DNA from: Clostridium sp. CAG:793 | GTDB lineage: Bacteria > Bacillota > Clostridia > TANB77 > CAG-508 | Length of the DNA: 59,632 bases | Assembly (NCBI GenBank): GCA_000433915.1 | Contig: HF993639.1 | Location: 1 to 59,632 of the forward strand | Direction: 5' to 3' | In this document: in pieces, positions 17,674 to 28,123 of the stretch | How positions within the stretch are numbered: position 1 is the stretch's first letter | Layout of the letters: each line of letters opens with the position of its first letter | Translations under genes and position numbers: made by a program | The notes under the pieces: model-generated | The model's database searches: none | Seen by the model: the letters and a program-made list of their open reading frames with translations, nothing else | What the model was told of the DNA's origin: nothing

Positions 17674-17697
17674 TTCTGCTCTCCTTTGTTATATACT

Positions 17698-20175
17698 TTA
17701 TTGTTGTTCTGCTCCTTCTTGGTTTTCTACTTGTTGTACATTTTTGTTTTGCATATTTGATGCTGGAGCCATTTTTAATTCTTGCCATCTTTCTTTTGAC
17801 ATTAATACTTCTCTTGGCTTGCTTCCTTGGTATCCTGATATTATGCCTCTTTCTTCCATTTGATCTATTATTCTTCCGGCTCTTGCATATCCTACTTTGA
17901 ATCTTCTTTGAATGTATGATGTTGAGGCCTGTCCTGATTCTACACACATTTCTATTGCTTCATCTAATAATGGATCTGTTTCATCATCTTCGTCGTCATT
18001 CTTATCTACTCTGTCTGGTTCGTCTGCTTTTTCTATTGTTTCCATTATGTGTTCATCATATTGACTTTCGCCATCACGTTTTATGAATTTTACTATATTT
18101 TCTACTTCTTTGTCTGATATAAATGCTCCTTGAATTCTTACTGGCTTTGGTGCTCCTGATGGATAGAATAACATGTCACCTTTTCCTAATAGTTTCTCAG
18201 CTCCTGCTCCATCTAGTATTGTTCTTGAGTCAACTTGTGATGATACTGCAAATGCTATTCTTGATGGAATATTTGCTTTTATTATTCCTGTGATTACGTC
18301 AACAGATGGTCTTTGAGTCGCTATTACTAAGTGCATTCCTGCTGCTCTTGCCATTTGTGCAAGACGGCATATTGCATCTTCTACTTCTTTAGCAGCAACC
18401 ATCATTAAGTCTGCTAACTCGTCTATTATTATTACGATTTGTGGCAAACGTGGTTCTCCTGCTTTTTCTGCCGCTTCATTATATCCTTTTATGTCTCTTA
18501 CATTTTTGTTAGCAAATAAACTGTATCTATTTACCATTTCTTGTACAGCCCATGCAAGTGCTCCCGCGGCTTTCTTAGGATCTGTTACAACTGGAATTAA
18601 TAAATGTGGTATTCCATTATATACAGATAGTTCTACAACTTTTGGGTCAACCATTAGTAATTTTACTTCACTTGGTTTTGCTTTGTATAAAATGCTTGTT
18701 ATTAATGTATTTATACAAACTGATTTTCCTGAACCAGTACTTCCCGCAATTAGTAAGTGAGGCATTTTTGCTATATCTGTTACAACTGCATCACCACCAA
18801 CGTCTTTTCCTAATGCAAATGTTAATTTTGATTTTCCATCAGTAAATTTATCAGAATCAATTATATCTCTTAAGGCTACTATTGATTTTGATTTATTAGG
18901 AACTTCTATTCCTACTGTATGTTTTCCAGGTATTGGAGCTTCTATTCTTATTGTTTCTGCTTCTAGGCTTAGTGCAATATCATCTGATAAGTTAGCAATC
19001 TTGCTTACTCTTACACCTTCTGCTGGTGCTAATTCATATCTTGTTATTGCTGGTCCTACTGATACATTTTCTACTTTAGCAGACACACCAAAGCTATATA
19101 ATGTTCTTCTTAATTTCTCAGCTGTTGCTAATAATGCTTTTCTGCTTCCAACATCATCATCTCCATTTCCTTGGGCAAGTAATTCAACTGGCGGAAATTC
19201 ATAGTTTTCATCTTCTACTGTTAATGCATGTTGTAGTTGTAATACTTCTTTTGTTTTTGCTTCTTTTTCGACTTCCTGTTTTTCAAATAGATTTGCATTA
19301 TTTTGTTCCGGACTCTTTCCAGGTGTCATTGATGCAGCAACTTGAATTGCTGATTTTGCTCCTTTATTTGTTTTTCCAACATTAAAGTTTGGAACATCTA
19401 GTCCATCATTTGTGTGATCATATTTTTTAGGTTCTTTCAAATTTATTGTTATTTGTTCATCTAATGGCGCATTTTCAAGTTTCTTAGCAGCTTCTCTTTC
19501 TTGCTTTTCTCTTATTCTTCTTTCTCTAGCTGTTTCTCTTGGCACTTCTTGTACGATTTCTTTATTAGTGGTTTTTTCGTCTTCTCCTCTTGCTCTTATT
19601 CTTTCTTCTCTATTTTTTGACATCTTATCTAATGAATTTGCTATTGCATCTGCTGGATGTAATCCAAATATAAATACTGCAAATATTAAGCTTACTCCAA
19701 TTGCAGCAATAGGTGTTGCTATAGGGCCTATTAGATTTATACATGGAAATGCAATTAGTGTTCCTATCACACCTCCACCTATATCTTTTGTTCCTAAATC
19801 ATACGCTCTTGATAATGCTGAATCTATTGTTGTATTCATTGAAATGTTGCCTTTTGATATTTGATAACATGCTAAAATTACATCTATTAATATTAATATT
19901 CCTATAAACATTAATAGCTTTGATGAATAATATTTGGTATCTCTCTCATGTGCAATATATAGTCCCATTCCAAGTAATCCTATTGGTACTAAATATTTTA
20001 TATATCCAAATACTCCTCCTAATGCAGGACTTAGTGTTTTTCCTAAATATCCTGATTTTGTATATATTAATACGGCTAAAACAATTGCAACTAGTATTAC
20101 TACCATTACAGTTATATTTAGCTTACGTTGTTCTTGTTTCTTTTTTGTAGCTTTGCTTACTTTCTTCTTAGGCAT
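17698..20175 (-). CDS. ftsK: DNA translocase FtsK/SpoIIIE
   Basis: It has N-terminal TM helices, a linker, a motor domain (Walker A GSTGSGKS, Walker B IIIDELADL) and a C-terminal winged-helix gamma domain. A GGAGG RBS is present. Confidence 0.95.
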   Translation of the reverse strand: MPKKKVSKATKKKQEQRKLNITVMVVILVAIVLAVLIYTKSGYLGKTLSPALGGVFGYIKYLVPIGLLGMGLYIAHERDTKYYSSKLLMFIGILILIDVILACYQISKGNISMNTTIDSALSRAYDLGTKDIGGGVIGTLIAFPCINLIGPIATPIAAIGVSLIFAVFIFGLHPADAIANSLDKMSKNREERIRARGEDEKTTNKEIVQEVPRETARERRIREKQEREAAKKLENAPLDEQITINLKEPKKYDHTNDGLDVPNFNVGKTNKGAKSAIQVAASMTPGKSPEQNNANLFEKQEVEKEAKTKEVLQLQHALTVEDENYEFPPVELLAQGNGDDDVGSRKALLATAEKLRRTLYSFGVSAKVENVSVGPAITRYELAPAEGVRVSKIANLSDDIALSLEAETIRIEAPIPGKHTVGIEVPNKSKSIVALRDIIDSDKFTDGKSKLTFALGKDVGGDAVVTDIAKMPHLLIAGSTGSGKSVCINTLITSILYKAKPSEVKLLMVDPKVVELSVYNGIPHLLIPVVTDPKKAAGALAWAVQEMVNRYSLFANKNVRDIKGYNEAAEKAGEPRLPQIVIIIDELADLMMVAAKEVEDAICRLAQMARAAGMHLVIATQRPSVDVITGIIKANIPSRIAFAVSSQVDSRTILDGAGAEKLLGKGDMLFYPSGAPKPVRIQGAFISDKEVENIVKFIKRDGESQYDEHIMETIEKADEPDRVDKNDDEDDETDPLLDEAIEMCVESGQASTSYIQRRFKVGYARAGRIIDQMEERGIISGYQGSKPREVLMSKERWQELKMAPASNMQNKNVQQVENQEGAEQQ

Positions 20176-20325
20176 TATATTCCTCCACTTTTATTATTCT
20201 ATTAATTATCCGTTTATTACATTGTAAATTATATCTTATTTAATTTATAAAATCAATAGCAGAAAAGTTTTTAATGAATAATATATGTATAACAGTAAAT
20301 ACTAACTTCTATAAGTGGAGGATTT

Positions 20326-21165
20326 ATGATTTCTATATGCATTAAGGAGAACAATACTGATTTACTTGACTATATTATGCAAGAACTTAAAGCATCTCAT
20401 TTTGAAAGTATTTCTTTCTCAAGACACTGTTTTAAAATTTATGAAAATGTTATTGTCCATTATAAAGGCTCTGATTTTGAACGTTTTTTTAGTTTGATTT
20501 CAAAATTATTGACACAAGCCTTTTTTATATATTATGAACCATATATTTTAAGAAGATTAATTAATTTTGATTATTTTTATTTTGATGATACTGATAAGAA
20601 AATTATCATTGATGAATATAAAATTATTGTTCAGAATCAATCTTTAGTTGATGAGAATGAAAGGTTTTCTGCTGTCTTTAAACCTGTATTGTCTTATGTT
20701 TCTACAAATAAATGTATATTCTTTAACGGTTTTGTTTCATTTAGATTAAGTGATTACATGATTATTATGGAAGATTTATTGCAAGAAGCTGTTAACCAGT
20801 TTGTTCTTGATAAAGAATATATTGAATTTGTCAATTTGCTTAAAGGATATGTTGATTCTAAAGTTCCTAATAATAAGGTGGTCAATTTAGTTTATGTAAA
20901 TTCAGAAGCTATATTGCTTTCTAGTGATGGCAATCTTATTGAGCTTGATTTATTTGATTCAAAGTACCTTTCTGATATTACTTTTTGTAATAATGATTAT
21001 GTTTTAAATACTTTAGTCGGGATTTTGCCTAGCAAAATTATCTTACATCTTGTTTCTGCTAAAGATGTATTCATTAAAACAGTTGAATTGATATTTGGAG
21101 ATAAGGTTTCAGTTTGCCCTGGTTGTGAATTATGTACCGCATATAAAATGCTTAATTTAAAATAA
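20326..21165 (+). CDS. ytxC: YtxC-like sporulation protein
   Basis: At 279 aa it matches the size and pattern of the YtxC family, including GFVSFRLSDY...LDKEYIEFVNLLKGYV and a C-terminal Cys pair. A GGAGG RBS is present. Confidence 0.6.
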   Translation: MISICIKENNTDLLDYIMQELKASHFESISFSRHCFKIYENVIVHYKGSDFERFFSLISKLLTQAFFIYYEPYILRRLINFDYFYFDDTDKKIIIDEYKIIVQNQSLVDENERFSAVFKPVLSYVSTNKCIFFNGFVSFRLSDYMIIMEDLLQEAVNQFVLDKEYIEFVNLLKGYVDSKVPNNKVVNLVYVNSEAILLSSDGNLIELDLFDSKYLSDITFCNNDYVLNTLVGILPSKIILHLVSAKDVFIKTVELIFGDKVSVCPGCELCTAYKMLNLK

Positions 21166-21198
21166 AAACATTCCGCACAATAATATGCGGAATGTTTT
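21165..21198. terminator. Bidirectional terminator between convergent ytxC and the SDR gene
   Basis: AAAACATTCCGCA pairs with TGCGGAATGTTTT, with A/T runs on both sides. It overlaps both stop codons. Confidence 0.7.
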
Positions 21199-21958
21199 AT
21201 TTTATTTTTCTTTTTTGCATAAAATAGCATATAAATGCCATAAATTGATCTGGCATAATTTTTGCTCCTATTCTTGCTAGCCAGATTTTTACTCCTGGGA
21301 ATATTAATATTTTATTCTTAAACATTTTGCTTACAGCATATCTTGCTACCCATTGTGAATTTGCTTCTTTTAAACTAAATTGTACATCTGCTACTTTGCC
21401 AAAATTTGTTTTTACTGGTCCTGGGCATAATGCACTTATTTTTACATGTGATTTCATCATAACTAATTCTTGTCTTATGCTTTGTGTTAATCTTACTACA
21501 TATGCTTTGCTGGAATAGTATGTTGCCATAAGTGGTCCAGGCATGAATCCTGCTATTGACGCTACATTCATGATATATCCTTTATCTTCTTTTACCATGT
21601 CTATTAGAAATAATTTGGTTAACATGTGTAATGCTGTTATATTGGTATCTATCATTTTTATTTCTTTATTTAAATCAGTGTCTACGAATTTTCCACAAGT
21701 TCCAAATCCTGCATTATTTACAACTACATCTACAAATCCATATTTTTTTATCATTTCGTCATGTAATTGTATGCATCCTTCTCTATTTGTAACGTCTAAT
21801 ACCTGTATATCAACTTTTACATTATCAATTTCTTTTTTTAAATTTTCTAATGCTTCTTTATTTCGTGCAACTGCGATTATATCATATCCTTTTTTTGCTA
21901 ATTCTTTTGCTATATCTCTTCCTATTCCAGAAGAGGCTCCTGTTACTAGTGCTATCAT
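21197..21958 (-). CDS. Short-chain dehydrogenase/reductase (SDR) family oxidoreductase
   Basis: Motifs: TGASSGIGRDIA (TGxxxGxG), NNAG and YxxxK (YYSSKAY). Confidence 0.9.
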   Translation of the reverse strand: MIALVTGASSGIGRDIAKELAKKGYDIIAVARNKEALENLKKEIDNVKVDIQVLDVTNREGCIQLHDEMIKKYGFVDVVVNNAGFGTCGKFVDTDLNKEIKMIDTNITALHMLTKLFLIDMVKEDKGYIMNVASIAGFMPGPLMATYYSSKAYVVRLTQSIRQELVMMKSHVKISALCPGPVKTNFGKVADVQFSLKEANSQWVARYAVSKMFKNKILIFPGVKIWLARIGAKIMPDQFMAFICYFMQKRKIK

Positions 21959-22011
21959 AATTTACCTCCATGTATATAATCGCATATTTTATCCATTTTT
22001 TCAATCTTTAT

Positions 22012-23181
22012 TTAGAATTTTATAATATTCTCCCATGGTAAATCGTTTTTTCCAAAGTGTCCATAGTTAGTTGTTTTTCTATATATCGGTCTTTGTAAAT
22101 CAAGATAATTTATTATTCCTCTTGGTGTTAAATCAAATGTTGTTTTTATTTTTTTTACAATTTCTTCTCTTGGAATATTTTCTGTTCCAAATGTTTCTAC
22201 ATATATTGAAATTGGCTCTGCAACTCCTATTGCATAAGATAACTGAATCTCACACTTATGTGCATATCCATTTGCTACAACATTTTTTGATAGGAATCTT
22301 GCCATATATGATGCTGATCTATCTACTTTTGTTGGATCTTTTCCTGAGAAAGCTCCTCCACCATGTCTACTATATCCACCATAAGTATCAACTATTATTT
22401 TTCTTCCAGTTAATCCACTATCTCCTAAAGGTCCTCCTATTACAAACCTTCCAGTTGGATTTATGTAGTATTTAGTCTTACTATCTAATAATGTTTCAGG
22501 AATTGTAGGCATTATTACTTTTTCTTTTATTTCTTTTCTAAGTGTTTCTATATCTTTGTCAGCTTCGTGTTGTGTTGATACAACAATTGCATCTATTCTT
22601 ATAGGTGTATTTTCTTCATATTCTACTGTTACTTGTACTTTTCCATCTGGTCTTAGTCCTCTTATTTCATTATTTTTTCGTACACTTGTAAGCTTTTTTG
22701 ACAAAGCATGTGCAAGATATATTGGTAGTGGCATATAATTTTCTGTTTCATCACATGCAAATCCGAACATTAATCCTTGGTCTCCTGCACCCTCTGATTT
22801 TATAGCATCACTATCTTCTTTATTATTTTTGTCTTCTGACATTTTTGCTTCATAGCTTTTATCAACTCCTAATGCTATATCTGGTGATTGTTTTGACATA
22901 TTTATTGTTATTTTGCATGTTCTATAATCTATATCTGTTTTGCTATTATCATATCCTATTTCTTTAATTGCATTTCTAACTATTGATTCTATATCTATAT
23001 CAGCTGCTGTTGTTATTTCTCCTGTTACATATATCTCCCCTTTTCCTGCAACTGTTTCTGCTGCTACTCTTGAATTTTTGTCTTGTTTTAAGCATTCATC
23101 TAATATACTATCTGATATATAATCACATAGCTTATCTGGATGTCCTTCTGTTACACTTTCTGATGTAAAGTAATGTTTCAT
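22012..23181 (-). CDS. metK: S-adenosylmethionine synthetase
   Basis: Motifs: [17 protein letters not shown] and GGGAFSGKD. The length is full at 389 aa. Confidence 0.96.
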   Translation of the reverse strand: MKHYFTSESVTEGHPDKLCDYISDSILDECLKQDKNSRVAAETVAGKGEIYVTGEITTAADIDIESIVRNAIKEIGYDNSKTDIDYRTCKITINMSKQSPDIALGVDKSYEAKMSEDKNNKEDSDAIKSEGAGDQGLMFGFACDETENYMPLPIYLAHALSKKLTSVRKNNEIRGLRPDGKVQVTVEYEENTPIRIDAIVVSTQHEADKDIETLRKEIKEKVIMPTIPETLLDSKTKYYINPTGRFVIGGPLGDSGLTGRKIIVDTYGGYSRHGGGAFSGKDPTKVDRSASYMARFLSKNVVANGYAHKCEIQLSYAIGVAEPISIYVETFGTENIPREEIVKKIKTTFDLTPRGIINYLDLQRPIYRKTTNYGHFGKNDLPWENIIKF

Positions 23182-23221
23182 TATAATTCCTTCTTTCTTA
23201 TTTCATTTATCATTTATCGTT

Positions 23222-23368
23222 AAAAAAAGAGTTACATATAGTGTAACTCTTTTTAGATAATATATCTATCATCACTCAAAGTTATACACTTTGACGGTAT
23301 TAGCACCTTGCTTTTGCAGGTTGCTGTGGAGTCTATAAGCCGTTTCTCTCGTCCACTCTTGATAATAA
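23222..23368 (-). promoter_or_regulatory. SAM-I (S-box) riboswitch with terminator, metK leader
   Basis: The minus strand reads TTATCAAGAGTGGACGAGAGAAACGGC...CCACAGCAACC...AGGTGCTAATACC...GATGATAG. The expression-platform hairpin AGAGTTACA/TGTAACTCT (23228-23250) plus a U7 run follows. Confidence 0.85.
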
Positions 23369-23411
23369 TATTAATTTTATACGAATCTAATATAATTAAA
23401 TATTCATTATA

Positions 23412-23933
23412 TTAAACTAATTTTAATATAACTGTTTCAGCAGCGTCTCCTCTACGTTGACCTTTTTTAATTATTTGTGTATATCCACCAACTCTTGTTG
23501 CATATCTTGGTGCTATTGTATTAAATAATTTATCTGTTAGGTCAATGTTGTTTCCTTCGCTGTCCTTAACTTTATTTAATTTTGTCATCATTTTTCTTCT
23601 AGCATTTAATCTTGAAGGCATATCTTTTTGTCTTTTCTCTGTTTTTTCTTCTTTTACTACCTTTAAGTATTCTTTGCCATTTTTGCTCTTTACTAATTCT
23701 GTTTCTTTGTTTCCCTTAGCATCAAGTTTTGCTTTGACAACTTTAGCATCTACTTCTTCGAAGTTATCCTTTTCTTTTACTGCTAATGCAATTAAACTAT
23801 CAGCGATAGCTTTTACTTCTTTTGCTCTAGCTTCAGTGGTTTCGATTTGTTCATGCCAAATTAAATCAGTTGTTAAGTTTTTAAGCATAGATAAACGAAT
23901 ATCTGTTGTTTTTCCTAATTTTCTGTTTGCCAC
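23412..23933 (-). CDS. rplQ: 50S ribosomal protein L17, with an internal insertion of about 55 aa
   Basis: The conserved ends are NRKLGKTTDIRLSMLKNL...ETT and GGYTQIIKKGQRRGDAAE. The likely GTG start at 23933 sits 6 nt after AGGAAGGTGA; the ORF-track GTG is at 23942. Confidence 0.93.
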   Translation of the reverse strand: MANRKLGKTTDIRLSMLKNLTTDLIWHEQIETTEARAKEVKAIADSLIALAVKEKDNFEEVDAKVVKAKLDAKGNKETELVKSKNGKEYLKVVKEEKTEKRQKDMPSRLNARRKMMTKLNKVKDSEGNNIDLTDKLFNTIAPRYATRVGGYTQIIKKGQRRGDAAETVILKLV

Positions 23934-24013
23934 TTTTTTCACCTTCCTTTTTTAATTCACAATTAAAAATATATATTTCTCTTTTACTATAATAAAATTC
24001 ACTTTTATTAAAA

Positions 24014-24961
24014 TTATTCTTCTTCTTTTCTTAGGTCTAGTCCTAAATCACGAAGCTTTGCAATAACTTCATCTAATGATTTCTTTCCTAAATTCTTAAC
24101 TTTCATCATATCATTCTCTGATTTATTTGTTAAGTCTTCAACTGTTGATATTCCAGATCTCTTTAAACAGTTGAATGATCTAACTGATAATTCAAGTTCT
24201 TCAATAGGCATTTCAAGAATCTTCTCTTTCTTGTTTTCTTCTTTTTCTACCATTATTTGAGTATTTTTTGCAGTTTCTGATAAGTCTACAAATAATTTTA
24301 AATGTTCTGTTAATACTTTAGCAGCTAAGCTTAGTGCTTCATAAGGTTCTAAGCTTCCATCTGTCCAAAGTTCAATAGTAAGTTTATCATAATCAACCAT
24401 TTGCCCAACTCTAGTATTCTCTACTGAGTAATTTACTTTTTTTACAGGTGAATATATTGAGTCTATTGCGATTACTCCAATTGGTTGATTAGGAACTTTA
24501 TTCTTATCGGCAGTATTGTATCCTCTTCCCATATCTGCAACTAATTCCATTCTTAGGTTTCCACCTTTTGAAACTGTAGCAATATGTAGATCAGGATTTA
24601 AGATTTCTACTGTTCCGTCTGTAATGATATCTCCAGCCTTAACTTCACCTTCGCCTTTGAAGTCTATTCTTAGTGTTTTTTCTTCGTTTTGATCTAATTT
24701 AATTCTTACCATTTTAAGATTTAAAATTATCTCAGGAACATCTTCTACTACATTTGGTATTGTAGTAAATTCATGTTGAGCACCTTCAATTTTAACACTC
24801 TTTATAGCGCTTCCTGGTAGTGAAGATAGTAGTATTCTTCTTAAAGAATTTCCTATTGTAATTCCGTATCCTCTTTCTAATGGTTCACATACGAATTTAC
24901 CATAGTTCTTTACTTTATCAATTTCTACACACTTAATATTTGGCTTTTCAAATTCTATCAT
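24014..24961 (-). CDS. rpoA: DNA-directed RNA polymerase alpha subunit
   Basis: It starts MIEFEKP, contains [11 protein letters not shown], and has a C-terminal domain with [13 protein letters not shown]. Confidence 0.97.
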   Translation of the reverse strand: MIEFEKPNIKCVEIDKVKNYGKFVCEPLERGYGITIGNSLRRILLSSLPGSAIKSVKIEGAQHEFTTIPNVVEDVPEIILNLKMVRIKLDQNEEKTLRIDFKGEGEVKAGDIITDGTVEILNPDLHIATVSKGGNLRMELVADMGRGYNTADKNKVPNQPIGVIAIDSIYSPVKKVNYSVENTRVGQMVDYDKLTIELWTDGSLEPYEALSLAAKVLTEHLKLFVDLSETAKNTQIMVEKEENKKEKILEMPIEELELSVRSFNCLKRSGISTVEDLTNKSENDMMKVKNLGKKSLDEVIAKLRDLGLDLRKEEE

Positions 24962-25006
24962 TTTTACCTCCTAATAATTTAACATCAATTAAAATCAAAA
25001 AAATTA

Positions 25007-25633
25007 TTATTTTGAATAAAGCTCTACTATTAAATGCTCTTCGATTGGTAAGTCAATATCTTCTCTTGCAGCAAGTCTTACAACCTTACCACTTAATTTT
25101 TCTGAATCTTTTTCAAGCCATGTTGGAACTGGTCTAGCTGAATTTGATTCTAATGCAGCTTTTATTGTTCCATTGTCTTTTTTGATTTCTCTAACAGAAA
25201 TAACATCTCCAGCTTTGATTAAGTAAGATGGAATATTAACTTTTCTTCCATTTACGTCAAAAGCTCCATGTGTTACAAGCATTCTAGCTTGTGATCTAGA
25301 ACTTGCAAATCCTAGTCTATATACAACATTATCTAATCTACTCTCTAATAGAGTTAATAATGTTTCACCTGTTTTTCCTTTTGAGTTTGCAGCCATTTCA
25401 AAATATCTGCTGAATTGTTTTTCTCCAACACCATAGAATGACTTTGTTTTTTGTTTTTCTCTTAATTGTGTACCGTATTCAGAAAGTTTTGATTTCTTTT
25501 GACCATTTTGACCTGGAGCATAATTTCTTCTGTTTATGCTGCATTTGTCAGAATAGCATCTTTCGCCTTTTAGGAATAACTTTTGTCCTTCTCTACGGCA
25601 GATACGGCACTGTTCGTCCTTATATCTTGACAT
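25007..25633 (-). CDS. rpsD: 30S ribosomal protein S4
   Basis: Motifs: [18 protein letters not shown] and an S4 RNA-binding domain. Confidence 0.97.
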   Translation of the reverse strand: MSRYKDEQCRICRREGQKLFLKGERCYSDKCSINRRNYAPGQNGQKKSKLSEYGTQLREKQKTKSFYGVGEKQFSRYFEMAANSKGKTGETLLTLLESRLDNVVYRLGFASSRSQARMLVTHGAFDVNGRKVNIPSYLIKAGDVISVREIKKDNGTIKAALESNSARPVPTWLEKDSEKLSGKVVRLAAREDIDLPIEEHLIVELYSK

Positions 25634-25654
25634 TTAAATTTTCCTCCCTTTGAA

Positions 25655-26056
25655 TTATACTCTTCTTCTTTTTGGTGGTCTGCATCCGTTATGTGGGATT
25701 GGTGTTACATCCTTTATTGATGTAATTTCTAGACCTGCTGTTTGTAAAGATCTTATTGCAGATTCACGTCCTGCTCCTGGTCCTTTTACAAATACTTCTA
25801 CTGTTTTTAATCCATGTTCCATTGCTGCTTTTGCTGCTGTTTCTGCAACTTCTCCAGCTGCGAATGGTGTGCTCTTTCTTGAACCTTTGAATCCTAGTCC
25901 ACCAGCACTAGCCCAAGAAATAACATTTCCTTGAACATCAGATATTGTAACTATTGTGTTGTTAAAGCTTGAATGAATATGAGCTTTACCACTTTCTATA
26001 TTTTTGCTAACTTTTCTTCTTGATGTAGCTTTTTTTGTTACATTTTTTGTAGCCAT
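25655..26056 (-). CDS. rpsK: 30S ribosomal protein S11
   Basis: Motifs: [15 protein letters not shown] and [16 protein letters not shown]. Confidence 0.97.
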   Translation of the reverse strand: MATKNVTKKATSRRKVSKNIESGKAHIHSSFNNTIVTISDVQGNVISWASAGGLGFKGSRKSTPFAAGEVAETAAKAAMEHGLKTVEVFVKGPGAGRESAIRSLQTAGLEITSIKDVTPIPHNGCRPPKRRRV

Positions 26057-26080
26057 TATATTTCTCCTTCCTTAAAAATC

Positions 26081-26452
26081 TTATTTGTCAGACTTACTCT
26101 TGCTAACTAATTTTCTAGGTCCTTTTCTAGTACGAGCATTAGTTTTTGTTCTTTGTCCTCTTACTGGAAGTCCTTTTCTGTGTCTTGTTCCTCTATAGCA
26201 ACCCATTTCAACTAGTTGTTTAATGTTTAGAGCAACTTCTCTTCTTAGATCACCTTCAACAGTATAATCAGCCATTGCTTTTCTTATAGCTTGTTCTTGA
26301 TCAGCTGTTAAATCTTTTACTCTTATATCTGGATTTACACCAGCATCTTTAAGTATTTTTTGAGATCTTTTTAAACCTATACCATAAATGTATGTTAGTC
26401 CTATTTCTACCCTTTTTTCTTTAGGTAGGTCAACTCCTGCTAAACGAGCCAT
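26081..26452 (-). CDS. rpsM: 30S ribosomal protein S13
   Basis: Motifs: [10 protein letters not shown] and [18 protein letters not shown]. Confidence 0.97.
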   Translation of the reverse strand: MARLAGVDLPKEKRVEIGLTYIYGIGLKRSQKILKDAGVNPDIRVKDLTADQEQAIRKAMADYTVEGDLRREVALNIKQLVEMGCYRGTRHRKGLPVRGQRTKTNARTRKGPRKLVSKSKSDK

Positions 26453-26699
26453 TTTTGCACCTCTTTCTTAGAATTTGTTTTTTAAGTTTTTATTTATCAT
26501 AACTAAAGGTTTATGATTTTGATTTTTTCTACAAGTTTTTAAAGGTGAAATGCATTAGCTTTATTTCATAAGTTTAATTTTAGAAAGGTTTTCATTAAAC
26601 GTAATCTATATTGCTAATCTTTAAAAAATTGTTGAGAAATATATATAAACACAAATCTAAATCAGCCGCTTGCTAGACTTGTGTTAATATCTAAAATAA

Positions 26700-26813
26700 T
26701 TATCCTTGTCTTTGTTTATGCTTTGGATTTTCGCATATAACTCTGATGACACCTTTTCTTTTGATTACTTTGCACTTATCGCACATTTTCTTTACAGATG
26801 GTCTTACCTTCAT
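26700..26813 (-). CDS. rpmJ: 50S ribosomal protein L36 (below the ORF-track size cutoff)
   Basis: The reverse complement encodes [37 protein letters not shown] (37 aa, zinc ribbon). An AGGAGG RBS is present. Confidence 0.93.
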   Translation of the reverse strand: MKVRPSVKKMCDKCKVIKRKGVIRVICENPKHKQRQG

Positions 26814-26958
26814 TCTGATACACCTCCTATTTTAAAATTGCTTCTAATGTTTGATATGTGAAGTCAAATGTACTTTTTAATACACCTCACTTCACACCTC
26901 AACATTAGGCTGATTTTCGTTTGGTTTGATTTTGTTTAGCTTGTGGCATTTGCAAAAT

Positions 26959-27177
26959 CTATTTTGCTCTCCAAGTGATTCTTCCTTTAGTTAAATCATA
27001 AGGAGATAGCTCTATCTTAACCTTATCACCTGGTAAAATCTTAATATAATTCATTCTCAATTTTCCAGAGATATGTGCTAAAATTTCATGTCCATTTTCT
27101 AATTTTACTTTAAATAAAGTATTAGGTAATGCTTCTGAAACAATGCCTTCAACTTCAATTACATCTTCCTTAGACAT
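26959..27177 (-). CDS. infA: Translation initiation factor IF-1
   Basis: 72 aa with an S1-like fold. The sequence includes [11 protein letters not shown]...[16 protein letters not shown]. Confidence 0.97.
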   Translation of the reverse strand: MSKEDVIEVEGIVSEALPNTLFKVKLENGHEILAHISGKLRMNYIKILPGDKVKIELSPYDLTKGRITWRAK

Positions 27178-27259
27178 ATATATTTCTTTCCCTCCGTTTA
27201 CGGTTTAAGACTATCACGGAGATAAAACACCGTCATAGCTATTATATTATATAATAATT

Positions 27260-28030
27260 TTATAACAATGTCAATATCTCTGGCTCTTTTTCTGTAATTA
27301 AAATTGTATTTTCGTAGTGTGCTGATAGACTTTCATCAACTGTCCATATTGACCATCCATCATCACCTTGGCATATATCTGGTGATCCTGCTGTTACCAT
27401 TGGTTCAATTGCTAGAGTCATTCCTGGTTCAAGTCTAATTCCTCTTCCTGGTTTTCCATAGTTAGGAATTCCTGGATCTTCATGCATTTCTCTTCCAATT
27501 CCATGTCCTTCAAATTCTTTTATTACTGAGAATCCATTACTTTCAACATAGCTTCCTATTGCATGACATATATCGCCTAGACGATATCCTTTTCTTGCAA
27601 ATTTAATTCCTTCGAAGAATGCTTGTTTTGTAACTTCCATTAGTCTTTTTGCTTCATCTGATATATTTCCAACTGCATATGTTCTGCAACAGTCTCCATT
27701 AAATCCATCTTTATATGCAACTAAGTCTACACTTATGATATCTCCTTCATGTAAGATTGTATGTTTTGATGGTATTCCATGAATTATGTTGTCATTTACA
27801 GAAGCACAAATTGAACCTGGAAAATCTGGTACTCCTCTCATTCCACTTGGATATCCTTTTTCTGCTGGTATTGCACCATTTTGTCTCATTGTTTCTTCTG
27901 CAATTCTATCTAATTCGTATGTAGATACTCCTGGTCTTATTGCTCTTTCTATTGCTTTTTGAGCAAGATTTGCAACTCTTCCAGCTTCTCTCATTTTTTC
28001 AATTTCATATTTTGATTTGATTGTTACCAT
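27260..28030 (-). CDS. map: Type I methionine aminopeptidase
   Basis: Metal-ligand contexts are present: DIISVDL, NGDCCRT, GHGIGREMHE and LAIEPM. Confidence 0.95.
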   Translation of the reverse strand: MVTIKSKYEIEKMREAGRVANLAQKAIERAIRPGVSTYELDRIAEETMRQNGAIPAEKGYPSGMRGVPDFPGSICASVNDNIIHGIPSKHTILHEGDIISVDLVAYKDGFNGDCCRTYAVGNISDEAKRLMEVTKQAFFEGIKFARKGYRLGDICHAIGSYVESNGFSVIKEFEGHGIGREMHEDPGIPNYGKPGRGIRLEPGMTLAIEPMVTAGSPDICQGDDGWSIWTVDESLSAHYENTILITEKEPEILTLL

Positions 28031-28123
28031 TATAAATCATTTCCTTTTTATATCCATTTAGGTTTTTAGAAAGTAAGCTATTATGCTTACTTTCTTTGGA
28101 ATATTTACCTATAAACCTTAAAA

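Noticed and set aside
17642-17947. 101-aa minus-strand ORF rich in R/K overlapping the 3' end of ftsK
   Set aside because: It is an alternative frame of the ftsK C-terminal region, with no RBS and an implausible composition. The ftsK frame is strongly supported by conserved motifs.
28040-28120. Hairpin AGAAAGTAAGC/GCTTACTTTCT between adk and map as an operon-internal terminator
   Set aside because: There is no U-tract on the coding (minus) strand after the stem. It is more likely an RNA stability or processing element, and there is not enough support to call it.
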